Assembly: GCA_030698765.1 (NCBI GenBank)
Contig: JAUYMF010000104.1
Span: 1-57,764 of the forward strand
DNA from: Dehalococcoidales bacterium
GTDB taxonomy: Bacteria > Chloroflexota > Dehalococcoidia > Dehalococcoidales > UBA2162
DNA: 57,764 nucleotides
Direction: 5' to 3'
Shown here: one piece after another, positions 18,098-29,018 of the stretch
Numbering within the stretch: position 1 is the stretch's first letter
How the letters are laid out: every line of letters begins with the position of its first letter
Notes under the pieces: model-generated
What the model saw: the letters and a program-made list of their open reading frames with translations, nothing else
Databases searched by the model: none
Told to the model about the DNA's origin: nothing
Translations under genes and position numbers: made by a program

Positions 18098-18799
18098 ATG
18101 GGTATCGAGTTTGTCTTACTGGTTGCAGGCGCCTATCTGCTAGGCTCAGTGCCGACCGCCTATCTGATTGCCAAATGGAGACGGGGGATAGATATCCGGC
18201 AATACGGCAGCGGGAACGTCGGGGCGTCCAACGTTTTGTCTGTCGTCTCGAAGCGGTGGAGCATCCCGGTAACTATTTTTGACCTGGGGAAAGGGATGGT
18301 AACGGTGGGGCTGGCCCAGTTAATGGGGCTGGGCGTCATCCAGCAGATAATCATCGGGTTGGCGGCCATTATCGGACACAACTGGACAGTCTTTCTCGGT
18401 TTCAACGGGGGGCGCGGTATGTTCACTACCCTGGGTGTCCTCCTGGTACTGTCACCCAAGCTGGGGATAAGCGCTTTAGTCCTGGCTTACCTTTTTGCGC
18501 CCTTCCGGCAGCTATCCCTGGGAGTAACCATAGCCCTGGTCAGCTTACCGGTGGCAAGCTGGTTTCTCAGCGAGCCGTTCGGCATCGAAGAAAGGTCGGC
18601 CATTACCTTGGGTTACCTGTTGCTACTGTTTACCGCCATGTTACGGCGGTTGACGGTGCCGCGCGCCCCGATCAGCGCCGGGCTGCCAACCAGAGAGGTG
18701 GTTATCAACCGCCTGCTTTTTGACCGGGACATCAGAGACAGAAAAGCCTGGATAAGCCAGAGCCGCAGCCCGGAAGGCAGCAAGAAAAGCGCCGGTTAG
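18098..18799 (+). CDS. plsY: Glycerol-3-phosphate acyltransferase PlsY
   Basis: 233 aa polytopic membrane protein. SGNVGASN and GHNW...GGRG motifs. About 30 aa of basic C-terminal extension. Confidence 0.9.
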   Translation: MGIEFVLLVAGAYLLGSVPTAYLIAKWRRGIDIRQYGSGNVGASNVLSVVSKRWSIPVTIFDLGKGMVTVGLAQLMGLGVIQQIIIGLAAIIGHNWTVFLGFNGGRGMFTTLGVLLVLSPKLGISALVLAYLFAPFRQLSLGVTIALVSLPVASWFLSEPFGIEERSAITLGYLLLLFTAMLRRLTVPRAPISAGLPTREVVINRLLFDRDIRDRKAWISQSRSPEGSKKSAG

Positions 18800-19492
18800 T
18801 CAGCTATTCGAGCTGAAACGGCAGACCTCCCGGAGGCAGCACCGCGGGCAGAGGGGGCGGGGGCGGCAGACATTCTTGCCCAGACAGATCAGCAGGGCGT
18901 GATATTCATTGAACAGCACCGCATCCGCCGGTAAATTTTCCGTAAAGAGCGACTGATAATCCGCGTAGCTGTTCCCATCAACCGCCAGGCCGATGCGGTC
19001 GATAATACGGCGGGTGTAAGCGTCAATAACAAAAACCGGCTTGCCTACCGCGTACAGGATTATGGAATCAGCTGTCTCCTCCCCGATACCCCAGACCGCC
19101 AGGAGCTGCTGACGGAGCCGGTCAGTAGCACCATCGGAAAGCCTGCTCAGGTCGTCATCACAGTATTCCTGGAGCCAGTGCACCAGGGACTTGAGCTTAC
19201 GCGCCTTGACGTTATAGTACCCGCAGGGGTGAATAAGGTCGGCAATTTCCGCCAGGCTGCGCTGGCGAAGCGCCCGGGATGACAGCGCCCCGGCCGCTTT
19301 CAGGTTGGAGATAGCCTTCTCCACATTACGCCAGGCGGCGGACTGGGTGAGTATTGCCCCCACCATCACCTCAAACGGCTCCTCGGCAGGCCACCAGTGC
19401 TGGTGGCCGTAGCACTCGATGAGGCGGCGGTAGATATTATCCAGTTGTTGACCGACCGTTTCCAGGGTCAGGGCAGGCAATCCATCAGCCAT
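18800..19492 (-). CDS. Endonuclease III-related HhH-GPD protein with C-terminal Cys cluster
   Basis: 230 aa. HhH-GPD fold pattern (ILTQSAAWRNVEKAI, GIGEETADSILLY-like) and C-terminal CRPRPLCPRCCLREVC. Confidence 0.8.
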   Translation of the reverse strand: MADGLPALTLETVGQQLDNIYRRLIECYGHQHWWPAEEPFEVMVGAILTQSAAWRNVEKAISNLKAAGALSSRALRQRSLAEIADLIHPCGYYNVKARKLKSLVHWLQEYCDDDLSRLSDGATDRLRQQLLAVWGIGEETADSIILYAVGKPVFVIDAYTRRIIDRIGLAVDGNSYADYQSLFTENLPADAVLFNEYHALLICLGKNVCRPRPLCPRCCLREVCRFSSNS

Positions 19493-19551
19493 TTCAGCAC
19501 CTGCAAGTCCATTGTTATCATAGCATATCTTGAGAGCCGGCGGAAAAGCTG

Positions 19552-19582
19552 CAAAAAGAAAGAGAGGGGCTATGCCCCTCTC
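19552..19582 (-). terminator. Rho-independent terminator ending the ribosomal super-operon (after rpsI)
   Basis: The minus strand reads GAGAGGGGC-ata-GCCCCTCTC followed by TTTCTTTTTG. Confidence 0.75.
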
Positions 19583-19657
19583 CGAAATCTTTCCCTGCTA
19601 ATGCCCGGCCTTGACCAAACAGGCAGCTTGTGTGTTTATCCCTCTCAGCCAGAGACC

Positions 19658-20053
19658 TTAACGCTTGGTGTACTGAGGCGCTTTACGGGCACGTTTGAGA
19701 CCGGCCTTCTTTCTCTCTTTAGTCCTGGAGTCTCTGGTAAGCAACCCGTTCTGGCGCAGCACCGGTTTAAGGCCTTCGTCGGCAGCCAGCAGGGCCCGCG
19801 CAATACCATGAGAGATAGCGCCGCACTGACCTGATACGCCGCCGCCGTCCACCTTAACCGTTATGCTGTACTTGCCGAGAGTCTCGGTCAATACCAGGGG
19901 CCTGGCGATTGCCTGACGGTTGACCAGCCTGGGGAATAACTCCTCATAAGGAGTGCCGTTGACCACGATGGCGCCGCCACCCGGCAACAGCCGTACCTGG
20001 GCTACCGCCGTCTTGCGCCTGCCTGTCTTCTGATAGTATGTTTGCTTTGCCAA
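19658..20053 (-). CDS. rpsI: 30S ribosomal protein S9
   Basis: 131 aa. GGGVSGQ...RDSR.KERKK...RKAPQYTKR C-terminus. Confidence 0.97.
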   Translation of the reverse strand: MAKQTYYQKTGRRKTAVAQVRLLPGGGAIVVNGTPYEELFPRLVNRQAIARPLVLTETLGKYSITVKVDGGGVSGQCGAISHGIARALLAADEGLKPVLRQNGLLTRDSRTKERKKAGLKRARKAPQYTKR

Positions 20054-20082
20054 AGAAACCTCCCTTTTCCCTGCCTTTTATG

Positions 20083-20526
20083 CTATCCCTTCTCTTCTTT
20101 AGTCAGGTCAGTTTTTATCTGGCCCTGATAAGGATGACTGGTACCGGCGTGAATCCTGAGCCTGGTCATCATCCCGGCGGCCAGGCGGGTATGAGGCAAC
20201 ATGCCCTTAACGGCATGCTCAATCACCCGTGTGGGATAGGTCTGCATCATCCTCTCTAAACTGGTACTTTTGAGCGCTCCGGGATAACCGGAATGCCGGT
20301 AATAGAACTTTTGCTGCGCCTTCTTGCCGGTAACCCGCACCTTCTCCGCGTTGATGATAACGACATAATCACCGGTATCCAGGTGATTGCTGAAGATTGG
20401 CTTGTGCTTACCCATCAGCAGGCTAGCCGCCCGTGTCGCCACCTTGCCCAGGATTTCATCTGAAGCATCGATAAGGTGCCATTCCCGCTCAATATCAGAG
20501 GCTTTAGTACTATAGGTCTTTAACAT
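20083..20526 (-). CDS. rplM: 50S ribosomal protein L13
   Basis: 147 aa. REWHLIDA...LGKVA...L.GKHKP pattern. Precedes rpsI. Confidence 0.97.
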   Translation of the reverse strand: MLKTYSTKASDIEREWHLIDASDEILGKVATRAASLLMGKHKPIFSNHLDTGDYVVIINAEKVRVTGKKAQQKFYYRHSGYPGALKSTSLERMMQTYPTRVIEHAVKGMLPHTRLAAGMMTRLRIHAGTSHPYQGQIKTDLTKEEKG

Positions 20527-20557
20527 TTATCATCCTCACAAACTAAGGTTACGGTTT

Positions 20558-21376
20558 TCAAACGGTCTCCTCGGCTAAAGGGCGGGGATAGTTTACCCGC
20601 GTCAGGAATAGCCCGCAAGCGGGGGCCGCCGGTCCGGCCAGACCGGGTCTTTTGGCAGCCATTATATCAACAAACCCGGCGACATCCATCTTACCCAGAC
20701 CGACCCTGATTAAGGCCCCGGCGGTATTACGCACCTGATGAGGTAAGAATGAATTAGCCACCATATTAAATACGGCCATATCCCCGTCTCGCCTGATTTC
20801 CGCCCGGTAAACCCGGCGCACCGTGCTCTTCACCCCGGCGCCGGTACCGCTCATAAAAGAGGCCAGGTCATGTTCGCCGATAAGCGCCTGACATGCCTGA
20901 TTCATCACCTCGATATCCAGTCGCCCGCCAACCCGGTAGGAAAAACCCTCTCTCAGGGGCGACCGTACCGGGCTATTAAGTATGTAATAGTCATATTCCC
21001 GGCTCACCGCCTGTCTCCTGACGTTAAAGGAATCCCTTACTCTATACGCCGTCCTGACCGCCACATCCGGAGGCAGATAATAATTCAGCCCGCTAATAAA
21101 AGTCTCCGGGGGATGGGGTGACGCTGTCCTGAAGCTGACCACCTGCCCCCGGGCATGGACGCCGGCATCAGTGCGGCTGGCTGAGGTCACCCGCGTCTTT
21201 TCCCCGGTAAGCTTCCGTAGCGCTTTCTCTATTTCCTCTTGAACAGTAGGCATATCAGCCTGCCACTGGGAACCATGGTAGCGGGTACCGTCATATTCCA
21301 GCACCAGGACGACCCTGGTAGTCACGGCTGAACCGGTAATCAGTCCCACGTCCGGAATATCGGCGGTAAGCACCAT
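20558..21376 (-). CDS. truA: tRNA pseudouridine(38-40) synthase
   Basis: 272 aa. YDGT.YHG.Q and RTDAGVHA catalytic motif. Confidence 0.94.
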   Translation of the reverse strand: MVLTADIPDVGLITGSAVTTRVVLVLEYDGTRYHGSQWQADMPTVQEEIEKALRKLTGEKTRVTSASRTDAGVHARGQVVSFRTASPHPPETFISGLNYYLPPDVAVRTAYRVRDSFNVRRQAVSREYDYYILNSPVRSPLREGFSYRVGGRLDIEVMNQACQALIGEHDLASFMSGTGAGVKSTVRRVYRAEIRRDGDMAVFNMVANSFLPHQVRNTAGALIRVGLGKMDVAGFVDIMAAKRPGLAGPAAPACGLFLTRVNYPRPLAEETV

Positions 21377-21730
21377 TTATTTCACCAGCTCAAGCTGGAC
21401 CATCAGGGCGCCATCACCCAGCCTGGGCCCCAGCTTAGTAATACGGGTATAACCGCCGGGACGGGCGGAATATCTCTGGGCAAGCTCATTAAATAGCTTG
21501 TCGGCGATGTCTTCATTGAAGACAAAGGACAGTGCCTGGCGACGGGAATGAAGCCCGCCCCGCTTGCCTAACGTAATCATCTTCTCCGCCAGACCACGTA
21601 CCTGGGCGGCCTTGGGCGCGGTGGTAGTAATCTTCTCATAACCCAGGAGGTCAGTCACCAGGTTACGATACATCGCCCTGCGGTAACTTGAAGTCTTGCC
21701 TGTTCTTGAACGTGCTGTTTTGTTACTCAT
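21377..21730 (-). CDS. rplQ: 50S ribosomal protein L17
   Basis: 117 aa. GGYTRI motif. Follows rpoA. Confidence 0.97.
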   Translation of the reverse strand: MSNKTARSRTGKTSSYRRAMYRNLVTDLLGYEKITTTAPKAAQVRGLAEKMITLGKRGGLHSRRQALSFVFNEDIADKLFNELAQRYSARPGGYTRITKLGPRLGDGALMVQLELVK

Positions 21731-21748
21731 TTCATGATACCCCGGTTA

Positions 21749-22723
21749 TTACTCCTCGGATTCCATTCCGGCCAAATTTTCCTCATCATCTCCAATGTAA
21801 GAAGCCAGCGAGAGTCCCATTGACTCAAGGCGGTCGATTATCTCCTGCCGGGACTTTTCCCCGAAATTACGCAGTCCCAGCAGTTCTTTTTCCTCTTTGG
21901 CGATTAATTCGCCAACGGTAGTAATACCACCACGCCTCAAGCAGTTGAGAGTACGTACGGACAGGTTTAGCTGCTCCACCGGCATATTGTACTGCTCCTC
22001 ATCAATAGTCAGACGAGCAGCCTCCCCTGAATCTTCCTGGGAAACCCGGGTAAAATTAGCAAACGCGGCGAGCTGCTCGCCCAAAATTTCAGCGCTGCGG
22101 CTAAGGGCGGTGACCGGTGATATCGTCCCATCCGTCCAGACTTCCAGGTACATCCGTTCCCGACTGGTCTCCTGACCGACATGGACCGGCTCAACGGTAA
22201 AATTGACTTTACGTGTCGGGGTGAAGATGGCATCTACCGGAATTACTCCAACGGCCATGTTCTCGCTGGACTCAGCTTCTCTGTAGCCGCTGGCCAGTTC
22301 CACGTCTAATTCCACATAAAGCCTGGCTTCAGCCGAATCCAGGGTGGCCAGATACAGACCCGGATTAGCGATTTCAAAGTCCGCCGAGGGTTTAATATCA
22401 GCCGCGGTAACCTGTTTTTCTCCTTCCGCTTCCAGTACCAGCTTACCGGGACGCCCTGAGATTGGCTTTAACCTCAAGCCTTTGACGTTAAGCAGAAAGT
22501 CGGTTACATCCTCTTTCACGTAAGGAATAGGCGAGAATTCATGCTGAATTCCTTCAATCTTAACACTGACAACCGCCGCCCCCGGAAGATGTCCCAGTAA
22601 CACTCGCCGCAGGGCGTTGCCGATAGTAATACCAAAACCCTTCTCCATAGGTTCGGCGCCGAACCGCCCGAAGTTATCACCGCTCTCAATACATTCAACC
22701 TTAGGTACCACGAGGTGAGACAA
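21749..22723 (-). CDS. rpoA: DNA-directed RNA polymerase subunit alpha
   Basis: 324 aa. GNALRRVLL N-terminal domain. C-terminal domain with LNLSVRTLNCL. Confidence 0.98.
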   Translation of the reverse strand: MSHLVVPKVECIESGDNFGRFGAEPMEKGFGITIGNALRRVLLGHLPGAAVVSVKIEGIQHEFSPIPYVKEDVTDFLLNVKGLRLKPISGRPGKLVLEAEGEKQVTAADIKPSADFEIANPGLYLATLDSAEARLYVELDVELASGYREAESSENMAVGVIPVDAIFTPTRKVNFTVEPVHVGQETSRERMYLEVWTDGTISPVTALSRSAEILGEQLAAFANFTRVSQEDSGEAARLTIDEEQYNMPVEQLNLSVRTLNCLRRGGITTVGELIAKEEKELLGLRNFGEKSRQEIIDRLESMGLSLASYIGDDEENLAGMESEE

Positions 22724-22734
22724 AACCGACCTCC

Positions 22735-23361
22735 TTATCGCGAGTAGTACTCAACTATCGCCTTCCCGTCAAACTTGGTATCAATATCATCAGGGGTGGG
22801 CAAAGACAAAACCTGCCCAACGAGAGTCTGCTTGTTCAGGCTTAACCAGCCGACCACAGACTTAGCCTGAATATCTTTGAGCAACTGCTGATAATACTCA
22901 GACCTGGTACTACTCTCTTTCCAGCTAATAGTATCCCCCTCCCTGACCAGGCAAGAGGGTATGTCATTCTTACGTCCGTTGATCGTGATGTGCCCGTGCC
23001 GAACCAGCTGGCGAGCTTGAGCACGGGATTCTGCAAAGCCTAAACGGTAGACCGCATTATCAAGTCGCCTTTCCAGTAATACCAGCAAGTTGTCACCGGT
23101 GATACCCATCTGTTTCTCCGCCTGAGCGAAAATCCGCCGGAACTGTCTCTCCAGAACGCCGTAGCTGTAGCGGACTCTCTGCTTCTCCATTAACTGAAGA
23201 CCGCGGTCAGAAATCCGCCGGCGGCGTTGAGTGGCTTGTTGTCCCGGGGGTCTCGGCCTTCTCTCCAGTGTGCATTTGATAATGCACTTGCTGCCCTTGA
23301 GCATTAGCCGCTCACCGGTACGACGACACAACTTGCAAACTGAAAGCGTATATCTTGCCAT
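22735..23361 (-). CDS. rpsD: 30S ribosomal protein S4
   Basis: 208 aa. MARY...CKLCRR, plus an S4 RNA-binding domain. Confidence 0.97.
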   Translation of the reverse strand: MARYTLSVCKLCRRTGERLMLKGSKCIIKCTLERRPRPPGQQATQRRRRISDRGLQLMEKQRVRYSYGVLERQFRRIFAQAEKQMGITGDNLLVLLERRLDNAVYRLGFAESRAQARQLVRHGHITINGRKNDIPSCLVREGDTISWKESSTRSEYYQQLLKDIQAKSVVGWLSLNKQTLVGQVLSLPTPDDIDTKFDGKAIVEYYSR

Positions 23362-23369
23362 TTCTTACC

Positions 23370-23762
23370 TTACACCCGCCTTCTCTTCGGAGGACGGCAG
23401 CCATTATGCGGAATTGGAGTCACATCCATAATGCTGGTGATAAAGAGGCCCGAGCTTTGCAAAGAACGGATTGCCGCCTCACGGCCGCTGCCCGGCCCCT
23501 TAACAAAGACCTCAATCTGGCGCAGGCCGTGCTCCATGGCTCTACGCGCGGCGTCCCGGGCCGCCAGCTGGGCGGCATAGGGAGTACCTTTCCGTGAACC
23601 CTTAAATCCTGATGACCCTGAGCTGCCCCAGGCAAGGACATTACCCTGGGGGTCAGTAAGGGTCACAATCGTATTGTTAAAGGTGGACTGGATATAGGCT
23701 TTCCCTGACGGAACAACCTTTCTTTCCCGCCGTTTTCCTCTGGTTCGCCTCCTCTGTGTCAT
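23370..23762 (-). CDS. rpsK: 30S ribosomal protein S11
   Basis: 130 aa. FNNTIVT.TD..GN...W.S.G..GFKGSRK pattern. Confidence 0.97.
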   Translation of the reverse strand: MTQRRRTRGKRRERKVVPSGKAYIQSTFNNTIVTLTDPQGNVLAWGSSGSSGFKGSRKGTPYAAQLAARDAARRAMEHGLRQIEVFVKGPGSGREAAIRSLQSSGLFITSIMDVTPIPHNGCRPPKRRRV

Positions 23763-23814
23763 ACTACTCCTCTTCTGAAAATAAATTTCAATATCGTATT
23801 ACGTTATATTACGG

Positions 23815-24204
23815 CTACTTCTTGGCCACACCGCGTCTCTTGCCCCTGCCGGCGACTGTCTTACGCGAGCCACGCTGGACACGGGCATTGGTGCGCGTGC
23901 GCTGCCCCCTGACCGGCAGGTTATGGCGGTGTCTCGAACCCCGGTAGCTGCCAATCTCAATGAGACGCTTGATATTAAGGTCAATCTCTCTTCTCAGTTC
24001 CCCTTCAACAGTATACTCTTTGTCAATAATCTCCCGCAGGCGGTTAACCTCTCCCTCGGTAAGCGCATCCGTCTTGACATCGTAATTGACGCCAGCCTGA
24101 GTCAGAATCTTCTGGCTGCGGGTAGAGCCAATACCATAGATATACTGCAATGCCACCCAGATTTGCTTGTCACGGGGGATATCAACTCCAGCAATACGCG
24201 CCAT
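23815..24204 (-). CDS. rpsM: 30S ribosomal protein S13
   Basis: 129 aa. [10 protein letters not shown]...YIYGIG pattern. Confidence 0.97.
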   Translation of the reverse strand: MARIAGVDIPRDKQIWVALQYIYGIGSTRSQKILTQAGVNYDVKTDALTEGEVNRLREIIDKEYTVEGELRREIDLNIKRLIEIGSYRGSRHRHNLPVRGQRTRTNARVQRGSRKTVAGRGKRRGVAKK

Positions 24205-24228
24205 CTTTCCCTCCTAGGGTTACCATGA

Positions 24229-24342
24229 CTAACCCTGCCTCTGTTTATGCTTGGGGTTAGAGCAAATGACCCTGACTACCCCGTGCCGTTTAATTACCTT
24301 ACACTTATCACATCTAACTTTGACTGAAGCTCTGACTTTCAT
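24229..24342 (-). CDS. rpmJ: 50S ribosomal protein L36
   Basis: Not in the ORF track because it is under 60 aa. Manual translation of the minus strand gives [37 protein letters not shown] followed by a stop. Sits between infA and rpsM as expected. Confidence 0.95.
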   Translation of the reverse strand: MKVRASVKVRCDKCKVIKRHGVVRVICSNPKHKQRQG

Positions 24343-24375
24343 AAATATCTGCCTCTCATCTATCCAGCGAACCGC

Positions 24376-24600
24376 CTACTTGAACCGGTAGGTAATCCTG
24401 CCCCGGTTCAGGTCATAGGGCGATAGCTCAACCAGTACGCTATCACCGGGCAAAATCCTGATATAGTGCATTCTTATTTTACCTGAAATGTGCGCCAGTA
24501 CTTTATGCCCGTTGGGCAGCTCAACGCGAAACATGGCGTTGGGCAGAGACTCAACAACCGTTCCTTCAACCTCGATAACTTCTTTTCTGGTTTTAGGCAT
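24376..24600 (-). CDS. infA: Translation initiation factor IF-1
   Basis: 74 aa. S1-like fold (G.V.E.LPNAMF.VEL.NGH...AHISGK.R...IRILPGD.V.VELSPYD). Confidence 0.97.
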   Translation of the reverse strand: MPKTRKEVIEVEGTVVESLPNAMFRVELPNGHKVLAHISGKIRMHYIRILPGDSVLVELSPYDLNRGRITYRFK

Positions 24601-24611
24601 AAAACCCTCAT

Positions 24612-25361
24612 CTATAAAGCGGTAAGCACTTCAGGCTCAGCATCAGTAATGGCAATGGTGTGTTCGAAGTGGGCGGAAAGGCTACCGTCACCGGTAAAGA
24701 CCGTCCAGTGGTCATCGCCCACCCTGGTGCGCCAGCCGCCAGCATTTACCATCGGCTCGAGAGCCAGAGTCATTCCTTTCTTCAGAGTCGGCCCCTGCCC
24801 CGGCAGCCCAAAATTGGGCACCTGAGGATCTTCATGCATCTGCCGGCCAATACCGTGTCCGGTGTATTCCCGTACTACCGAGTAGCCCCTTGACTCGGCG
24901 TAATGCTGAATGGCCACCGAAACGTCTCCCAGCTTCGTTCCGTGGCGAGCGGCTTTAATCCCCGTCTGGAGGGCGCCTTCGGTAACGGCTATCAGCTGTT
25001 CCGCCTGCGGGCTAATCTTACCCACGCCCGCCGTCAGCGCCGCATCTCCGTGGAAACCATTAAAAATAACGCCAAAGTCCAGCGACACGATATCGCCATC
25101 ACGCAGAACCCGCTTTCCGGGAATGCCGTGCACAATCTCATCATTAACTGAGACACAGAGAGTAGCCGGATATCCCCGGTAGCCCTTAAATGAGGGCGTG
25201 GCTCCCAGGTTTTCCGCTTCCCGCGCGGCAATAATATCTAATTCTTCCGTCTTCATCCCTGCTCTCAACTGTGATTTTAACACTTTCAGTACCGTAGCCA
25301 CAATCCTTCCGGCCTGCCGCATGGCGGTAATCTCCGGTTCGGATTTGATGGTTATACTCAC
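24612..25361 (-). CDS. map: Type I methionine aminopeptidase
   Basis: 249 aa. Metal ligand pattern (D..GD..S.D, HGIG, EPM, EHT). Confidence 0.95.
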   Translation of the reverse strand: MSITIKSEPEITAMRQAGRIVATVLKVLKSQLRAGMKTEELDIIAAREAENLGATPSFKGYRGYPATLCVSVNDEIVHGIPGKRVLRDGDIVSLDFGVIFNGFHGDAALTAGVGKISPQAEQLIAVTEGALQTGIKAARHGTKLGDVSVAIQHYAESRGYSVVREYTGHGIGRQMHEDPQVPNFGLPGQGPTLKKGMTLALEPMVNAGGWRTRVGDDHWTVFTGDGSLSAHFEHTIAITDAEPEVLTAL

Positions 25362-26026
25362 CGCCCCCCCAGGCGGGCAAACTCTTTATCCAGAGCCGCT
25401 ATCATTCTTCCTTCTACCTCCTCAACACCCCCATCCCCGTCCACCTCCAGCAGTTTACCGTCCCGGGCATAGTAATCAATCAGGGGAGCGGTCTCGGTAA
25501 AATATACCTGCAGCCGCTTTTTCACCGTCTCAACCCTGTCATCAGGGCGCTGGTACAACTCGCCGCCGCACTGGTCACACTTACCCGGGACCCCGGGAGG
25601 AGAATCTACGGAGTGGTACGGCGCCTGACACTTCCGGCAAACCCAGCGCCCGCTCAACCGCTTTAATAACTCCGGCTCAGGAACCCTGATATACACCGCC
25701 TTATCGATAGCCTTCCTCCGCTCGGAGAGGGCCCGGTCCAGAGCTTCAGCCTGGGGCAGGTTCCGGGGGAAGCCGTCCAGAATCACCCCGGCCTCGCAGT
25801 CCGGCGCGGAGAGGCGCTCCAGGACCATCCGTATCGTTATTTCGTCCGGGACGAGAGCCCCCTTTTCCATATAAGATTTGACCTCCCTGGCTAACGGAGT
25901 TTCCTGTTCCTGTGCCTGGCGGAACAGGTCTCCAGAGGCAATATGCGCTATCTTCAATCTCTGTGCCATCCTGGCTGCCTGCGTCCCTTTGCCGGCGCCG
26001 GGAGCACCCAGAAAAATAATATACAC
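25358..26026 (-). CDS. adk: Adenylate kinase (zinc-lid type)
   Basis: 222 aa. P-loop GAPGAGKGTQ. Lid domain with CRKC...CDQCGG. Confidence 0.96.
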   Translation of the reverse strand: MYIIFLGAPGAGKGTQAARMAQRLKIAHIASGDLFRQAQEQETPLAREVKSYMEKGALVPDEITIRMVLERLSAPDCEAGVILDGFPRNLPQAEALDRALSERRKAIDKAVYIRVPEPELLKRLSGRWVCRKCQAPYHSVDSPPGVPGKCDQCGGELYQRPDDRVETVKKRLQVYFTETAPLIDYYARDGKLLEVDGDGGVEEVEGRMIAALDKEFARLGGR

Positions 26027-26067
26027 TTGTATTTTATCCCTTATTTCAAAATTGCTGAAAGTTTTTA

Positions 26068-27381
26068 CTATTTGATGAAGCCTTCATAGCGCCGCATCAC
26101 CAGCTGCGCTTCAACCTGCTTCATCGTATCCAGAACAACACCAACGACAATCAATAAACCCATACTGGAAAGCTGTATCACCTGGACACTGGTAATCTCC
26201 CGCGCCAGGTAAGGTGTTACCGCCACCATCGCCAGGAAAAGGGCCCCGGCCCAGGTAATACGCTTAACTACCTGATCAAGATAGTTGGCCGTTTGCTTTC
26301 CCGGCCTGATTCCGGGAACAAATCCTCCCTGCCGCTGCAAATTACCGGCCAGGTCCTGCTGCTGGAAAATGACCATGGTGTAGAAGAAGGCAAAAGCGAC
26401 CGTCAGCAGAAAGTAGAGTCCCCAGTAGAACATGCCCAGGGGGAAGGCAGCGTTGGGATTGAACAGGTTCTGAATATGATTAGCCAGGTTAGGGGCATCC
26501 GGCGGACCGGCGAAGTAGCTGGCCACCATTCCCGGGAAGAGTACCATGGACATCGCAAAGATAAGAGGTATCATGCCGGCCGTGTTTACCCGCAACGGAA
26601 TATGAGTGGCTCCTGACTGTTTATACATGCGGTTACCACGGAATACGGTACGGGCATACTGTACCGGGATACGCCGGTGCGCCTCGGTAAAAATAACTAT
26701 GGCCACGATGGTAGCCAAGGCGATGAGCACGTAAGCCACCAGTCCGCCAAACTGCTCCCTGGCCAGGAAACCGCTGCCAATCATCTCCGGCAGACCGGCC
26801 ACAATACCGGCGAAGATAATAATAGAGATACCGTTGCCGATGCCGTATTCAGTAATAAGCTCACCCAGCCAGACCAGGAAGATGGTGCCCGCCATCATGG
26901 CGAAGACCATCGCCACCGTGGGCAGTAGGTCGGCGCTGGCCACCACCCCTTCCCGCCGCAGCAGGACAATCTGCCCGTATCCGGCCAGACCGGCCAGGGG
27001 TACCGTCAGCCAGTGCGTATAGCGGTCAATGCGGTGCCGGCCGGCTTCTCCTTCCTGGGCAATAGCCTGTAAGCGTGGTATCACCGGTACCATCAACTGC
27101 ATGATGATTGAAGCCGTAATATAGGGATAAACCCCCATCGCCGCCACGCTGAAATTCCGCATGGCGCCGCCGCTGAACATATCCAGCATACCCAGCAGCG
27201 CATTACGTTCAAAGAGTTCCCGCAAAGCATCGGCATCCACTCCGGGTAGAGGTACGTGAGCCACGAAGCGGAATATTACCACGATAACCGCCATAAAAAG
27301 AAGGCGCCGCCTTAAATCAGGCAGGTGGAAAGCGTCAATGGCCGCCTGCAGCAGCCGTGGTCTAGTTGTTCTCGGGCGCAT
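26068..27381 (-). CDS. secY: Preprotein translocase subunit SecY
   Basis: 437 aa polytopic membrane protein. Canonical position after rplO and conserved SecY segments ([10 protein letters not shown]). Confidence 0.97.
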   Translation of the reverse strand: MRPRTTRPRLLQAAIDAFHLPDLRRRLLFMAVIVVIFRFVAHVPLPGVDADALRELFERNALLGMLDMFSGGAMRNFSVAAMGVYPYITASIIMQLMVPVIPRLQAIAQEGEAGRHRIDRYTHWLTVPLAGLAGYGQIVLLRREGVVASADLLPTVAMVFAMMAGTIFLVWLGELITEYGIGNGISIIIFAGIVAGLPEMIGSGFLAREQFGGLVAYVLIALATIVAIVIFTEAHRRIPVQYARTVFRGNRMYKQSGATHIPLRVNTAGMIPLIFAMSMVLFPGMVASYFAGPPDAPNLANHIQNLFNPNAAFPLGMFYWGLYFLLTVAFAFFYTMVIFQQQDLAGNLQRQGGFVPGIRPGKQTANYLDQVVKRITWAGALFLAMVAVTPYLAREITSVQVIQLSSMGLLIVVGVVLDTMKQVEAQLVMRRYEGFIK

Positions 27382-27826
27382 ACCCCATCTCCTCTACTTT
27401 GCCCCCGGCCGCTTCGATCTTGGCTTTAGCCGCCGCCGAGAATTTGTGTGCCCTTACGGTAAGGGAATGTTCGATATCACCCCCGGCCAGAATCTTGACC
27501 GGGTGACGCAGCGATTTCACCAGTCCACGGGCAAGCATTGTCTCCGGCGTGACCTCACTCCCCGCTTCAAAGATATTAAGCCGGTTGATATTGATCGCGT
27601 TGTACTCCGTCCGGAACATGTTGACAAAGCCCCGCTTCTGGGGCAAGCGTTTGATCAGAGGCAGCTGTCCGCCTTCAAAGCCGGGCTTCATCTTAAAGCC
27701 GGCGCGAGACTTCTGCCCTTTAACGCCCCGCCCTGAATAATTACCGTGTCCGCTACCGTTCCCCCGCCCCGCCCGTTTCCTGTCCTTTCTGGAACCGGCA
27801 GCCGGAGAGAGTTCATTTTGCTTCAT
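27362..27826 (-). CDS. rplO: 50S ribosomal protein L15
   Basis: 154 aa. Gly/Arg-rich N-terminus (GRGNGSGHG...GRG.KGQK.R). Confidence 0.96.
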   Translation of the reverse strand: MKQNELSPAAGSRKDRKRAGRGNGSGHGNYSGRGVKGQKSRAGFKMKPGFEGGQLPLIKRLPQKRGFVNMFRTEYNAININRLNIFEAGSEVTPETMLARGLVKSLRHPVKILAGGDIEHSLTVRAHKFSAAAKAKIEAAGGKVEEMGYAPENN

Positions 27827-28007
27827 CAGTTTTTTCCTCTACCCTGACTAAATGCCTCACTTTTTTAATCATGCCCCGCAATGAGGCCGAATCCTTATGG
27901 ATAACACTATGATTCAGCCGGTGCAGACCGAGGACTTTCAATGTCCTCTTCTGGTCACCAGCGTAGCCAATAGCGCTTTTCACCCAGGTGATACGTAATT
28001 CGGTCAT
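27813..28007 (-). CDS. rpmD: 50S ribosomal protein L30
   Basis: [14 protein letters not shown]...TLKVLGL is the L30 pattern. The ORF extends to 28019, but the internal ATG at 28007 fits the family N-terminus. Confidence 0.9.
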   Translation of the reverse strand: MTELRITWVKSAIGYAGDQKRTLKVLGLHRLNHSVIHKDSASLRGMIKKVRHLVRVEEKTDEAK

Positions 28008-28066
28008 CGACTCTAACACCTCTCAAGCGAGACTGCCGGGAAAGACCCCCGGATTTCTCCGGTAAA

Positions 28067-28624
28067 CTAGACTTCCCGGCTCCCGGTTGTAGCTTCCGAT
28101 GAGGTACCCCGTTTTTCACCGGCTACCTCGAAGATTGCCTTCCGTCTGGCCAGCTCCTCCGCCGGGTTCTTAAGCTGGCTGAGGGCGAGCAATGTCGCCC
28201 TGGCGACATTAACACGATTATCACTGCCCAGTGATTTGGTCAGAATATCCTTGACTCCGGCGGCTTCCAGCACTGCCCGCACACTACCACCGGCGATAAT
28301 ACCTGTCCCGGGCGCGGCCGGTTTAAGTAATACTTTAGCGGCGCCGTACTTGACCTTGATTTCATAAGGAATGGTTGTCCCGGCCATCGGCACTTTAATC
28401 AGGTTTCTTCTGGCCGTGGCATTTGCCTTGTTGATGGCCTGCGGCACCTCATTGGCCTTACCCAGACCAATACCGACGTATCCATTACCATCACCGGTAA
28501 CCACCAGGGCACTGAAGCGGAGGCGTTTTCCCCCTTTCAATACCTTGGCTACCCGGTTGATATGAATCAACTTGTCATTCAGCGCCAGCTCCCTCGGGTC
28601 TATCCTGGTCAGCAACGCGCTCAT
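28067..28624 (-). CDS. rpsE: 30S ribosomal protein S5
   Basis: 185 aa. INRVAKV.KGG.R.RFSALVV.GD. Short C-terminal extension. Confidence 0.97.
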   Translation of the reverse strand: MSALLTRIDPRELALNDKLIHINRVAKVLKGGKRLRFSALVVTGDGNGYVGIGLGKANEVPQAINKANATARRNLIKVPMAGTTIPYEIKVKYGAAKVLLKPAAPGTGIIAGGSVRAVLEAAGVKDILTKSLGSDNRVNVARATLLALSQLKNPAEELARRKAIFEVAGEKRGTSSEATTGSREV

Positions 28625-28652
28625 CTTTTCCCACTTTCTCCGTCAAAGGTTT

Positions 28653-29018
28653 TCAAAACTTCAGACCTCCCTTACGAGCTGCGTCAGCCATGGCCTTTAT
28701 ATTACCATGATACTGATATCCGCCCCGGTCAAAGGCTATCCGGTTAATCCCTTTGCTCAATGCCCGCCGGGCGATAAGGGCACCAACCAGCTCAGCCTTA
28801 TCCGTCCTGGATTTACCGGCAGCTGCCTCCCTTATTTCCTGGTCCAGAGTTGAGGCTGAAGTCAGTGTCTGACCCTGCGTGTCATCAATCACCTGGGCAT
28901 AAACATGCTTCAGACTGCGGAAAATACACAATCGGGGCTGGGGGGGGGTGCCCTTCACCTTGGCCCGGACGCGGATGTGCCTCCGCCGGCGCGCTACCCT
29001 CGGCTCATCTCTGGTCAT
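28653..29018 (-). CDS. rplR: 50S ribosomal protein L18
   Basis: 121 aa. R.R.R.K..GT...PRL.IFRS..H.YAQ.IDD and FDRGGY.YHG. Confidence 0.97.
   Translation of the reverse strand: MTRDEPRVARRRRHIRVRAKVKGTPPQPRLCIFRSLKHVYAQVIDDTQGQTLTSASTLDQEIREAAAGKSRTDKAELVGALIARRALSKGINRIAFDRGGYQYHGNIKAMADAARKGGLKF

Noticed and set aside
18797-18802. Zero-nucleotide tail-to-tail junction of plsY and the EndoIII-related gene.
   Set aside because: Convergent genes with abutting stop codons are compact-genome organisation. No hairpin or further signal is present, so it does not merit a separate finding.
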